Shown piece after piece: positions 51,757-64,000 of a DNA stretch of 64,000 nt. The stretch's first letter is position 1; the number at the start of each line of letters is the position of its first letter. Origin of the DNA: Bugula neritina (Eukaryota; Animalia; Bryozoa); assembly GCA_964035545.1 (NCBI GenBank), contig OZ037771.1:14941133-15005132 (forward strand), in the 5' to 3' direction. A program made the translations under genes and the position numbers. Below the pieces are notes generated by a model. That model was not told the origin of the DNA and did not search any database. It saw nothing but the letters and a program-made list of their open reading frames with translations.

Positions 51757-52002
51757 CTTTTGTAAGCAGTACAACCTGCACTGGCACATCAATGGCCTGT
51801 GGTCTTAATCTTGCCGGTCTGAGAATCAGAGATAGCTTTGAAGAATGTGGTCCATGCACCAGTTGGAATACTGCGTAGAGGCGGATCGAAAGGGGATCGT
51901 AGAAAAGGATCCAGAAGGGGTCGTAGAAGAAGATTTAAAGGGGGTCATAGAAGAAATAGAGGCTGTGGTAGAAGTGAAAGAAGGAGATGTAGGCTAGGAT
52001 AA
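51757..52002 (+). pseudogene. Paralogue B2 last exon, frameshifted
   Basis: FVSSTTCTGTSMACGLNLAGLRIRDSFEECGP, then a 4-nt insertion (TGCA 51855-51858) gives TAG at 51876; the cationic tail ...RGCGRSERRRCRLG* remains in the other frame. The region upstream in B1 is missing here. Confidence 0.75.
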
Positions 52003-52664
52003 ACTTCCTAATTTTTTTACAATCTTAGATTAATGCTAAATGCTTCAAAGTTATGTAGATTATATAAGTATACTATGCAGGTTTAATAAAAAACAACACT
52101 ATGGTAATCAAGCCACTTACTGCTATTATTGGACCAACCAATTTGCTTATTATAATATCTTCCTAAAACCAAGGCCATAAATTTGATAAGTTAATTATAT
52201 GAGGTAATGCGGCTTTCTACTCCTATCAGTATTAACATTAAACAAGATATATTAACAGTATAATATAATCATTTATTTTACGATAAAATATTTTATAAAT
52301 TAAAGTCACTAATTCTTCTTTATACTAATTATAATGAACTTTTAAATATATAATATTATATTACGCTATAACGCAATGTAGAAATAGGTAATTGCAGTGA
52401 AGACTTATAATTATGGTAAATTAACCAGCTAAACAGAAACAGCATTAGTGCTGGTTTAAAAGCATTTAAAGCAATCTAAAGTCACAATCAAACAAAATAT
52501 TTAAAAAATTGTTCTAGCCTGAATATTAATAATGCCATGCACAAAATTTAAAAACTTTTTTTCTTATTTCAATTATTTAAATGGCTTCATAAATTATCAT
52601 ACAATCAGTGTTTTCTACCCGCTTAAAGTTGTTAAACTTTCTGTCTAAACTGTTAAAACTCAGG

Positions 52665-55373
52665 ATGAAAGTTAAAAGAACTAAGTTGAGTAACTACGTT
52701 GGTTTAACTGATTCATACTCAAAGTATGCAACATTAGAAATACTCATGGGACTTTTCAGAAGAAGGTTTGAAATCTAACTAGTCTATAGGATATAAATCT
52801 GCTATTATTCTCTTTCTGCATGTTGGTAGTTGCGAATTATGAAAACTCTCAGTACAAATAGCTTTTAGAGACATAATCAAGGAATATTGTAAATAAATAT
52901 GTCTACATTTATTTTATTTGCTTTAAAAGTATAGGAAACCTGGGTGATATGGGCCACTTAAGCCCACAGCCCATACTGACTATGGTTGATTGAAAATTAG
53001 TATTTCAACATGTGGGTGCTATCTCTACTGACATACAAACATAATTATGAGCTCCTATACAGATGCTTGACTGAGCTATGATTGAAAATTGGTGGACCAT
53101 ATCACCCGAAGATTTTTTGAAATTTCGGGTGATATGGGCCACCACAGACTCTGTCACATAAAGTCAGCTTTTTGGTGTTGACAATGCATTTTGCTATATT
53201 AAAAAGTAACATAAAACAATAGATCTAAAATAGGTGTGTAACAGCTTCTTTTAGTGCCTCCTAACTCCAAGCATTTCAAATATTTTTGAAAGAATATCTT
53301 GGCATCTAAAATACATTGCATGAGTATGAATATTTCAAGCCCACATGCTACAGCAACTGGCTATAAAGTTGTTTATTCAATATTTGGGAGTTTAATGCTT
53401 CATCATTGTTTGAAATACTTGAGAAACAATATTATCTTTCTCCAAACAAGTATATGAATAGAAAAATTCAATTTGCTGAGTGATATGGTCCACGGTCCAT
53501 ATCACCCCCCAAGTGGCGGTCCATATCACCCTATCACCCTATAACTTATTTGAATGTTTTAAGATGATTGTGAGAAAGCTACTCCTTCAAGCTTTTAGAA
53601 GTTTTAAATATATACAAGTTTTACTCTAGAATTCTCATTTCAAAAGTTAGACATTATGATTTTAAAAAACGTTCCACTAATTCGCAATCTCCAACAGTTC
53701 AACTTAATTGTTGAGTTTTATAAGCTTCATCATTTCTACTGCCAGCAAGTAGTTTAAAAGCTGAACAGTTACTTTTTCATTGAATCAGGTTGAAAGAAGA
53801 TGAAAGCCCGTACCTTGTGCCTTCGTTACTAGCTCTCAGTGACCGCTACTCCTACACGAACCACATAGAGGATCTCCCTATTATTGATTCGATTTTAAAA
53901 TACAGTAAGTTTTAAAAATTTGACTTATATCAAGAAAAATATCCTCACGGCTTTGTTGGGTCAAACTCATGACCGTGTGGTTACCAAGCCAAACACTCGT
54001 AACCTCTAGACCGCGGCTGCTCTCTGGCCTACATGGAGAAAAATTATTATAATAATATTGCTATAAAATTAAATTAGATGACATATTATTCTTAGTTTTT
54101 AATTGCACTTTTAGTACACGTGAATGTTTTTGTAAGACTGTGGCAAACAATTTAAAAGTGTTTTCTTTTTGGCAGAGGAAAGAAACTTTTCTGAGGAAGA
54201 GCTTCGGTGGTTGACCAACCGGTGTGAGGTGTGGAAAGTGCTACTGAACAGTGACAAGCTAAATGAAATATCCAACTTCTTTGAGGGTGTGGCAAAAGAA
54301 GTGCTGGGAGAAAATATATCTTGGCATTGCATCGTGAAGGTATAAATATAATTGCTTTACACCTGTTAATAACATATAATCTTAGAGTGACTATAATGAA
54401 TAACATTTCACTCTTTGTATACATCTACACTAAGACAGAGATAATTGGCACACACCATATTAAATGATGTATTTAAATTTTAGGAAGATTAATTGAAATA
54501 TAGTTCATGTAGAAATTTTGTTTTTATAAGCTAGGATTATTCTATCTACCATGTTCAAATGATTTAAATATTATGAGAAAGAAATTTCACAATAGGTATT
54601 CTTTGTGAGGTTTTCGATAGTTTTATAACATTTTGTTGAAGGCGTAAATCAATAAACTAATATGGCAATTTTTAAACTTTAATATTTTTCTCCTTATCAT
54701 AGAAGTATATCATATGTACAATTCCCACTACCCGAACAGGACAAAACGGAGATAGGTGGGAAATAATATCATATGTACATTGACAATAGTAGGGCTAGTA
54801 TCCAATTTGAATTTTTCACTTTTACAGTATGTAATCATTTCATCAGAAATGGCCACTATAGCCATGGGTGAAGGAAAAGTTAGCCAAGTTCCTACACTCT
54901 TTGGAAGGTGCTTGTGGTGGTTCTCAGGCCAATGGCGAGACCCGAAGCTACCCAAGGATCATGATATTAACCTTGACATTTGGATAAAGGTGGCAGGAGG
55001 CTGGTCTACACTGGATACTGGAATCGTTGAGAAAACCCCTTCATTCATGTGTGGCCGGATGGTGACCACTTCTTCCTTTTTGTCTCAGCTTTTTCTACCC
55101 TGTAAGAACTACACATACGCGTCCCCGCCTTTGGACTCATCTTTTGAGACAGTTAGTTTAGATCAAGAGTCTTTAGACATGCAGGCTAATAGCTACAAAA
55201 CGGCATCTGAGAACAATGTAGAGACGGCAGCAGAGAACAATGTAGAGACGACGGCAGACAAAGAAGATGAGGTAGGGAAAGCATTGACAGAGAAAACGCC
55301 TTCCATGACAGGTGACGTGGCTCCTGTGGCAGCGAGCACAGCTGACCCTGAAGTAGTGGAAGACGCGGTTTGA
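52665..55373 (+). CDS. Divergent Bcl-2-family-like protein (4 coding exons, ~308 aa)
   Basis: Exons 52665-52765, 53789-53904, 54176-54339, 54828-55373 join in frame (phases 2,1,0; 927 nt). BH4-like ATLEILMGLFRRRL, BH3-like LLALSDRY, BH1-like FEGVAKEVLGENISWHCIV, BH2-like LDIWIKVAGGWSTL, in the correct order. AATAAA at 55414. The first exon is the least certain. Confidence 0.75.
52932..53541. mobile_element. MITE-like element with reiterated GGGTGATATGGRCC motifs, in intron 1 of the Bcl-2-like gene
   Basis: TAGG...CCTA termini flanked by TA; six copies of the motif in both orientations (~52942+, 53094-, 53127+, 53478+, 53494-, 53518-). Confidence 0.75.
53935..54023 (-). mobile_element. SINE 5' (tRNA-like) fragment
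   Basis: Reverse complement resembles 48268-48345 (GAGCAGCCGCGGTCTAGAGGTTA...CATGAGTTTGACCC). Confidence 0.55.
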
Positions 55374-56056
55374 ACTTTTGCATTTTTAAATGTGATTTGT
55401 ATAAATTAATTGCAATAAAAATTGTCAATTATATTTAATTTAAAAAGTTGAATTTTCTGTGAAGAATTCCACAATAGAAGATGTCATAATATTATGAGTG
55501 TTGGGCTATATTATTTAATAAATAATATTTCTTTATGATAGAAAGTCATTGCAAAGCTAAATTCTATATAATTATGTATTGTTGCACGTAATCATGGATA
55601 TATAAAAAGTTCATCAACAAGATGTAGAAACCAAATAATTGGTAACTGGCTGTAAATTCAAAACCAATAACTAATACAATGTATATAGTTGTAGCAGCAG
55701 TTATATAAGGAGTTTTCTTCTCAAGGCGATTATACAGCAATGTATAATTACAATAACACAGCAATGCCTAATGACAATTATGCAGCCTAATGCATAATTA
55801 CAATAACATATGAACACATCAGAACATTATTGCTTCCTTCCTTAAGTACGTCAATACATTTATCAGTCAGAAACCTTGAAGGTCATCAATTCATTAATAA
55901 ATCAATTATTATTATTGCACCAATTTATCAGCTTATTACCACAATAATATATTAATATAATATAACATACAAAGGCTTTTATATGTTAATTTTTAAACTG
56001 TAATTTAGTGCATCTATTATCTTAGAGGATGAAGAATTTTAGACTGGCTAAAAAGA

Positions 56057-56586
56057 CTAGTTAAAGATTTCTTCTCTAAACGGAAGCTTCAAACTTGAGC
56101 AGAGAGTTTTGAGTTCCTTGCAAAGTTGAACTGGTCCGCACGCATAAACTTTAGACTTCAGTGTTCTACCTGCCGTGCCTGTTTGCTCTTTCAATGGTTC
56201 TGCACTATCAATTAGTTCTGGAATGACTTTGCTCCAGATGGGACGTCCTGAAACAGTAAAACATGGCTGCAGCTCTTTAGAGTCATCTAAAACCTATTTT
56301 AGAATTTGCATAAAATAAAAGATTGTTTTGTCTAATAAATGCAGCAAGTTTTAATTTGGATTGTAAACATCTATTAATTGTAGAAATCTTTATCTTTAGC
56401 ATTAACATATATACTATACTATATCTATGCATGCAATGGTGTAAAATCCGCATTCTGAGACTAGCTTTCTGTCAAGACTGATCAACATGCACAAGACACT
56501 TTGATGGTCAATTGAGTCAGTGGGCTAAGAGAATTAAGTACAATTGGTTGATGAGAAGTTTGGACACAAACACAAACACGCACACG

Positions 56587-56618
<32 letters not shown>

Positions 56619-59600
56619 CACACACACGCGCACACGCACACACGCGCACACACATAATGAACAAACTTTTGCTGACACGTATTACAGAGAAATGCCTGCA
56701 ACTCATAATTTTATTAACACTTATTAGATTTGAGTCAAGATTATCAAACATGGCACACATGGTTTGGGCATTAACCTGGTTTAGTCTGCGCTTTCAGTCC
56801 TGTGAGTAGATCAGTTTTCTCTTGATTATACGCTGCGTTCAACGCTAGCTGTAGGAAGGCACCCCTCATGTCTGTTTCCTTGGCCAAACCTAAAGTATTT
56901 CACTAAATATTATACATTCTATTATCAATTGAAGCCGCTTTTTTAAAGTTTTTTTATCAAAATGACAAAAAACTTTCATAAATTTTTAATTTTAGAATTA
57001 TCCTCCCTTAGAGTAATCAAGCATTTAGTAAAAGTATAACATATTCATTATAACAAGATAATTTTCATGTATAACATGCATAACTTCTAAATAAAATGCA
57101 GAATTCATACCAAGGAATAAGAAAAGCAACACTAAAAAAACAGATTGTATAACTCAACATTTTGCGAAAGAAAAGCAAAGCCAACACACAATACATGTGC
57201 AATGACAGTTTGTTCCTGTAAATTTCAGAGTAAACTAATGTGTCCACATTTACCTAGTAAAAGGAAACAGTTGCCCAAGTATACCTATTAGGATATGAGC
57301 AGGTGTTTAAGGTGTACCCGGTAAATGTATACAGGTGTTATTAAGGTGTACCTGTTAGATGAAGGTGAAAGTTCACTAAGGGTGGATCTAAATCCAAGCT
57401 GATCTGTTCTTCTTCCAGCTCTTCAAACACACCCAGAAACCACTGCAGAGATTTGGCGCTTCTTGTCAGCCAAAACAAGTCAATCTGTAAATTCAAGATT
57501 ATTTTCCCACAACTAAAATTAAGTAAAGTTCAAAAAGGGTTCGATTGTTTTAGAAATTATCTTACAGTATGTAATGTGTCAGGATTTAGTTCTTCATATG
57601 CAAAATAAACGTTTCTAACCAGAAGTGTTACATGCATCAAATGCCAACCAATAAGACATACTGCACTACAGGTGTTAGGCCTCTGTAATGCGAATGTTTT
57701 ATCTCACTTAAGTTATATATAGTCAGTATAACACTGCATGCTCATTATTTAAATGTTATTCCCAACTCGTAGAAATTATTTGTGATTTTTCAAAAAGCTG
57801 AGCATAGAGCCTGCTACTTAACTGCTACCGGTTTATTTGGTTTTTATATTGTTGAGAAGATATTTTAATGCTCTTCTTGATATTACCAGTTGCCAGGATG
57901 TAAGCCAATAACTTTACAATTCAGCTTGCCATGTTTTATTCCTATTTTGTTTTATATACATTTTAAAAAGCATGCATAGTTAGTTATAAGTTAGAGATTT
58001 TGAAGTGAAACCAGTGATAGATATGCTCAACATAATGGGTTGTTGGAATAACCTACCCTTTTCAGGCTGACATTTGATGTGTTGCCAAAGTAAACTCTGG
58101 TTTCACAGCCACAGGGACACATTTTGCTTCTCTGCTTAAGCTGCTCTATGACGCTGGAAATGACGCTGGCAAATGGCGTGATTCCGATCCCACCGGCTAT
58201 CAGAATGACGTGCTCGGTCTTGAGGATGTCGTGACTCGGTGTGGAAAAAGGTCCATCCATGTAAATCTAAAACCGTGTCAAACTGTGCTAACAATTTATC
58301 AGCAAAGCACTCTTATAAAAATAAAAAGCAAAATTACAATAAGATGGCCCAATAGGCTGTTGGAGAACTTCAAACCAAATATTTTCTTTAATTCATTCTC
58401 CATTCTCTATAAAATATATATGACAAAGCATCTTTTAATTTAATTAGCTTCAGGGTATTTTACAATTGTTTGGAAAAGGTAATATTATGAAAAGAATGCT
58501 GCAAATTACTGCAAAAAAACAGCTGTTTTGGTACTTTGAGTGGAAGGGCTTATTATATGCTCATATAGCATTTTGAAATCCTTAGAGGAAACTTGTTTTA
58601 CCTAATTTTGTATGATCATCTAAAATAACTGGCATGCATCTCAATAATTAATTACTATAAAACCAGATTCATCAATAAACGTATTTCACCTGATAGGCTT
58701 CACTTACCCTCCAATGAGGTGATGCTGGCAAGGTCAAGGTTGTGCTGTTACGTTCATTAGACATGCTGCATGAAGTTCTAGCAGTATTTTTATCTCGTCT
58801 TAGGCTATTTTCATTCAAATCTAGACACGGAGCAGAAAGAATTGAAAAGCATTACACTAAATTTTAGGTACAATTATAGTCAAATAAATTAGAACGAAAA
58901 AAAAATTCACAACCCCGACTACTGCAAATAAGTTGATTGTAAATCATTCAATCAAAACTTACAAAGAAATTATAGCCACACATTTATTACGAATGATTTC
59001 CGTGTGTTTTAAAGCGGAATATCAAGATGTAACTTAGATCAAGGGAATAAACGGCGAATGAGGTTAAAGGAAATACCACATTATTATTTTACTTTATCCA
59101 CCAACATTATTTTCAAACAGCTTTAAAACTTTTCATTTGAGTTTAATCTAAATTTTTACAGAATAAATGCATAAAATTACAAAAATAATATAATATACAA
59201 ACTTTATATAGGTTTTTTCATGTTTGAGTTGCTAAAAGCCACTGTATTACTTATAAGGATTGTTAATGTTTTTCACACTTAGCTGACAGATATCAAGTAA
59301 TACTGCTACTTGTTTGTTACCAAGTTCTATAGCGGTATGAGTTGTGTAAGAATTATTCTGACATCCTTCTGGTTGTGCAGTTCTTTCTAATTGGTGAACT
59401 TTTTTATAAATCTTGTTTGTCCAAAATCCAGCCTTTCGGATGTGAAGAGTGATTTTATCTGTAATAAAAATTGAATTGCAACAAAATAATTTTAAAATCA
59501 AATTCGATTAAAGTTTATTTCTACTGTAGCAAGTTACCCAGCGCATGTTAACTAACTATAAAATATGTCTATGTTATTTTATTATAGGGTATTAATAATT

Positions 59601-62600
59601 TTTATACTTTCGCTTCATTGCTAAGCTATTAATCACACTTGTTGATATTCAGTATCTCATTTTAATGGGGCTAAGCACTTAAGTTTATATATACGTGGCA
59701 AAGCTGTTACTTTCTAACATCACCAGGAATTTGACATGACTCCTGACCTCGTGTTTTACTAAACCAATGCCCTAAGAAATACATCATGCACGGCTGTTAA
59801 CACATTGCAGAGCTATTACTGACATTGTCTTATAGAGAAGCAAATGCAGTTATTACTATGTCAGGGAAACCATAAGTCACAAAGTGTCGCAATTCCATGC
59901 TTTTAATGTAATACTAAATATTTATAACCATGTTGTTTCATAAGAAAATGGCAAAAAAATTTAGAAAAAAAATACAATAATTACAACTAAAATATTAAAA
60001 ACAAAGGACAAGTTGTCAAAAAACTGGTAAGCAAATATTCTCTGCCTAACAAGCGCAAGTAAAATTACTTACTATTTTAATTAGAGCATTGAATATATTG
60101 AATATAGATTGCACATAAAACAGGTGCAAAAGTTGAATACCAGTGACAGCACAGTAAATATAATATAACATTGAATACTATAATAGGTGTAACTAGTGAT
60201 GGCACAGTAAACATTATATATATAGTCTAAGATCACCTTGGTTACCAGAGCTGATAGTGAAGGGTCGCCACAAATATTTAGACACTTTTGGTATTAGCAC
60301 TGTGACATAGTCCCCAGGGCTATAGTCAAACCCATCCGGTCTTTTTATGTGCAAAATTGTTACCTGCAGCGGCAAAATGTGAGACTAAAATCTGCTTGCA
60401 AATTAGTTATTTGAATAGAAAAACTGTACATTCAACATCTAAAAAATTTATGCTTACAGATATTGTATATTTTTTGCCACATAAATACACATTGCAGGAC
60501 TTTTGTGAACAGAACTTACATTATCATGGGTTGAAGCCAGTTCTACGACAGATCTGTTTTGGTACATGGTATAGAGAGTTCTGATCTTCTCAAATACGAG
60601 TAAAGTCCCGGGAAACATGAGCCAGTAAATGAACGTCTTTGCGTGACATAATAGAGTGATGTACCATAACAATAGCAGCACTTTGTGGGATATGTAGAAC
60701 ACCTGCAAGTTGTCATACCACACACAATGAAAGACTACTCAACAATAAGTAGTTTAGGAAGCTGTGATTTGCATGCATGATTAATACACATTTCTCTCAT
60801 AGTTTAATTGCGAAAAGCTATAATATAATTATTATGATACAACTTTGACTGTGAATATTTACATAAACCTTTTTTCAAGAACTTTGAAAAGAAGATTTTC
60901 TAAAACCTGCCATATTTTATTCTTAGTTTAAAGCTGCATTAAAATGCTAGATTATAAGCAAAACTTATACAATTATGCGTTAACAGTTGTTGACTGATAC
61001 TGTAGCACTATAATAGTAAGCAACTGCATGATTATATACTGTAGCACTAATAGTGAGTAATTACAAATAATGTAGCACTAATACAGAGTAACTGACACTG
61101 TAGAGCAATATATAGCAGTAGAACTTACACTGTAGAACTTAATTCTGAATATCTCTATCCCTGTAACTATATACAGAAATAGCGAGATGACTAAAACCAC
61201 TCCAGAGCCTAGGACTGGAGAGCTGATGAAGTCATGTGAGATATAGGACCTCAAAGACATATCCTCTTCCTTCATTCTGTTTGCTGTAACAAGTAGATAA
61301 ATCGAGATTACTCTAGCTTTTTTAGTATTGTATACGCGTTTTATGCATCCATATTCTTCTTTAATTGTGAAACATGTATTTAATTTCATAACTTTATAGA
61401 AGACGCAAAGCATAAAAATTTCATTAAGAAAGACTAAAATTTGGCATGAGTAGAAGTTGATGAAAAAAATGGAGAAAATAAAGTACGCGTTATACGTCGA
61501 AACCATTGTATTATATTTTGTTATATTACATGTAAATTTTGCAAGCAAATTATATGTTTTTTAAATTTTAAAAATCATAAGAAACATTTGAAAAACTAAC
61601 AAAGTTTAAAATTAATATTTAACATTTGTTCTTCAAATAAAAATGAGTAGTGAATTAATCGTGCTACAGCATTGCCTTTTAGCATGGCTTTTGTTTCCAG
61701 CTTTAGAACTAAGATACTTGAAATAGTTTGATTTTGTACAATATATTTAAAATTATATAAGAGTTTATAGTTATACCAGTTAACTAAAGTCTTTTAAAAT
61801 TTGCAGTTTCGTAGTTGATTAGAAGTTGTCTTACCAATATTGACTGAGTGTGCAATAACATGGATTCCAGATACGAGGAACGCAGTTATGGCTGTCACTT
61901 TATGAAGACGCAACGCATCATCAAACGGCAAGTAGTGTCGAAGGAATGTTCGCTGTAGTCGTGTAATACATGTCTTTATTACAAAGACAAGTAGGAGAGA
62001 GTAGTGAAAGTTTAGCACTTGACCTAAAAGTTACATAATTGAATAATTTTCATTTAAATGCTAAATCGAATATGTTTTAATATTTGAAATTATATTTACA
62101 AAAAAATATGTGCTTATAACTTTGGGTCAGTAAACCATGACTTTTAAGGCTTCTAATTGTGCACATATTATGATGAAAAATTGCAGCACAATGAAGTTTT
62201 AGCTAAAAATGACAAGCAATTAAATCAATTTGAACTATAAGATCAAGTAAATCATGCGTCTAACTATGAGTTTTACATTTTAATGACGACTAACTTTATG
62301 ACTGTATTACATGATGTGCAAAACAATAGGTTTTAAACTCTATGCATATCATTTTTGTATGCTAGACTTTCCCTGTACTAAAATTAAGCGCTTGCAACAA
62401 GGTTATGTGATGCGAAAAAGTTTACTAATTCAAACCATACATACCACATGTTTTCGCTACCACAATCTCTACACAGCAACCTCGTTGGGAAAGCAGGTTG
62501 AGTTGGCATACGAGTCTCTCAATGCCCAGTGCTACTGTTATCAGAGACATTACACCTATCCATAGCCACAGACTCGTGTACACCTTGACGTGATGATATA

Positions 62601-64000
62601 CACTCTGTGCAAGGTTGTCTATACTTCTTGACCCAATGTGACCTTTCTTTACACCATCGGTTAACCTGTGCAAAAGAGGAGCTTATTTTAATGACTATAA
62701 CTATTCGATGTTTATTGTTGTGTTGTTTGATTGTATTATGCACAATTTTCAAATAAGATGGTGGCTTTGCGATTCTTCATGATATAAGCTATTAGGGTAG
62801 TATAAACTTATAAGCTACTGTTAAATTAGTGTTGATAGAACTCGTTACTATAATACTGACACATTTACAGTGAAAAGAACTTTTTTTAGTAACACCACAA
62901 AGTTTCTATTTTTTTAAAAATATTTTCTGTCTAAATTATGAACTTTTTTACACTAATCAGTTGATGAAATTAGCTGCTAAAGCTAATCCAAAAAAATAGA
63001 AATAAGGCACACAGCGCGTTGACATACTGAATATTTAAATTGTCATAAATCATGGGATTCTGTTGCAGCAGGCCATTGAGCTCTTCAAAAGTAATAGAGT
63101 CAGGGCTTGAGAAGTCAGTGTGTGACCTGTTGCTATGGCAACCTTCTTTTGCTTTTGTAAACAAAACATCTGTCAGTAGGTTAGCGTTTGTGACGTCATT
63201 GCTGAGCTTACTGTTCGCCAGCCCTTTCTGAAAGGCATGCTTTAACTCGCTCCTCTCTAGTTTCCCATCTCCTACATACACACATGAATATCAACTAGCA
63301 ATAAGGCCCTTATTGTCTTGCTGTGTCACTTAATGATGCAGTGAGCTGCTCAATATATTGAAATACTATGGATTACAATAATAAGATTAGATAATGTGGC
63401 ATAGATATACAACATTCCAAACAAAACACCTGTTTTCTGCTAAAGTTGAAAAAATTGCCCATGTTTTGTTTTATGTACATGTTCTAAAAGCCTCTGTAGC
63501 TTCAACTGAATAAAACTGTTATTTTTTTGTCAACGCCTGCATGATTAGCTATGCAATAAAGCTGCATAGCTAGATTTAGAATATATCTATAAAATAAAAG
63601 TCCTTTTAATGCAGGTTAAGAAAGTAAATAAAGCATATAAACAAAATTGCAGCAGCATCTAATTGCCACAATTCTAGTCGCAAGATTGCAGAATTTGTGG
63701 TGTAGAGATCAACTAATAAGGAGCAATATTATTGTACCAGGAAATGACCTAACTATATAGTAATAGTTAATGGCTCAACCATGATATGGTTATAGTTAGG
63801 AGCCTAAGAATAGCATAGATTCAGTGAGCTGTGACAGTAACAGCTCATGACACTTACCGTTCTGGTCGTAGATAGCAAAGAGAAATCTAAGCTTCTGAGA
63901 GCTGTCGCCCAGGACTAAAGTTGACATCGTGGCAAACAACTCTCTCCTGTCCACTTCACCATCTCCGTTTGTATCCGCCAGTGAAAATATCCTATTGGAC
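56057..64000 (-). CDS. NOX5: NADPH oxidase 5-like EF-hand NOX, 5'-truncated by the window edge
   Basis: 13 in-frame exons: >64000-63858, 63271-63028, 62665-62445, 62023-61835, 61283-61129, 60702-60520, 60363-60237, 59458-59321, 58820-58708, 58266-58057, 57484-57352, 56889-56776, 56247-56057. EF-hands DTNGDGEVDRRE and DQNGDGKLERSE; heme His pairs LHKV..GIHVIAH and SHKV..LCHA; PGDYV, WRPFTISS, DGPF, AGGIGITPF, NOX5-type DMRGAFLQLAL..LTGLKAQTKPGRPIW, ACGP, FREEIFN*. A DUOX-type N-terminus outside the window is not excluded, but the C-terminus is NOX5-like. Confidence 0.92.
56564..56655. repeat. (CA)n/(CG)-interrupted microsatellite in the last NOX5 intron
   Basis: Directly visible. Confidence 0.9.
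59655..59780 (-). mobile_element. Decayed SINE copy in a NOX5 intron
   Basis: CTAACATCACCA...TGACCTCGTGTTTTACTA matches the minus-strand SINE copies. Confidence 0.55.

Overview
AT-rich animal (invertebrate-type) genomic DNA with short GT-AG introns and microsatellites; the species cannot be determined from the sequence. Left third: a decayed R4/Dong-clade non-LTR retrotransposon in a (TAA)n tract (7018-9956), and a complete, apparently very young BEL/Pao LTR retrotransposon (11367-20153) inserted in about 5 kb of degenerate tri/hexanucleotide simple sequence. Middle: a segmental tandem duplication (about 29.2-38.7 kb and 43.2-52.0 kb, offset about 13.9 kb). Each unit carries a 5-exon gene, missed by the ORF track, for a secreted modular protein: signal peptide, variable 6-Cys domain, Thr/Pro linker, second Cys module, and an Arg/Gly tail with a C-x7-C loop. 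Each unit also carries a divergent, decayed paralogue. Right part: a 4-exon divergent Bcl-2-like gene (BH1 NWGR replaced by SWHC, acidic tail, no TM anchor) converging on a 5'-truncated NOX5 gene whose FAD motif reads RPFT instead of HPFT. SINEs, MITEs, a solo-LTR-like element and mini/microsatellites are scattered throughout. All gene models were built by eye from splice consensus and frame continuity; no database search was possible.
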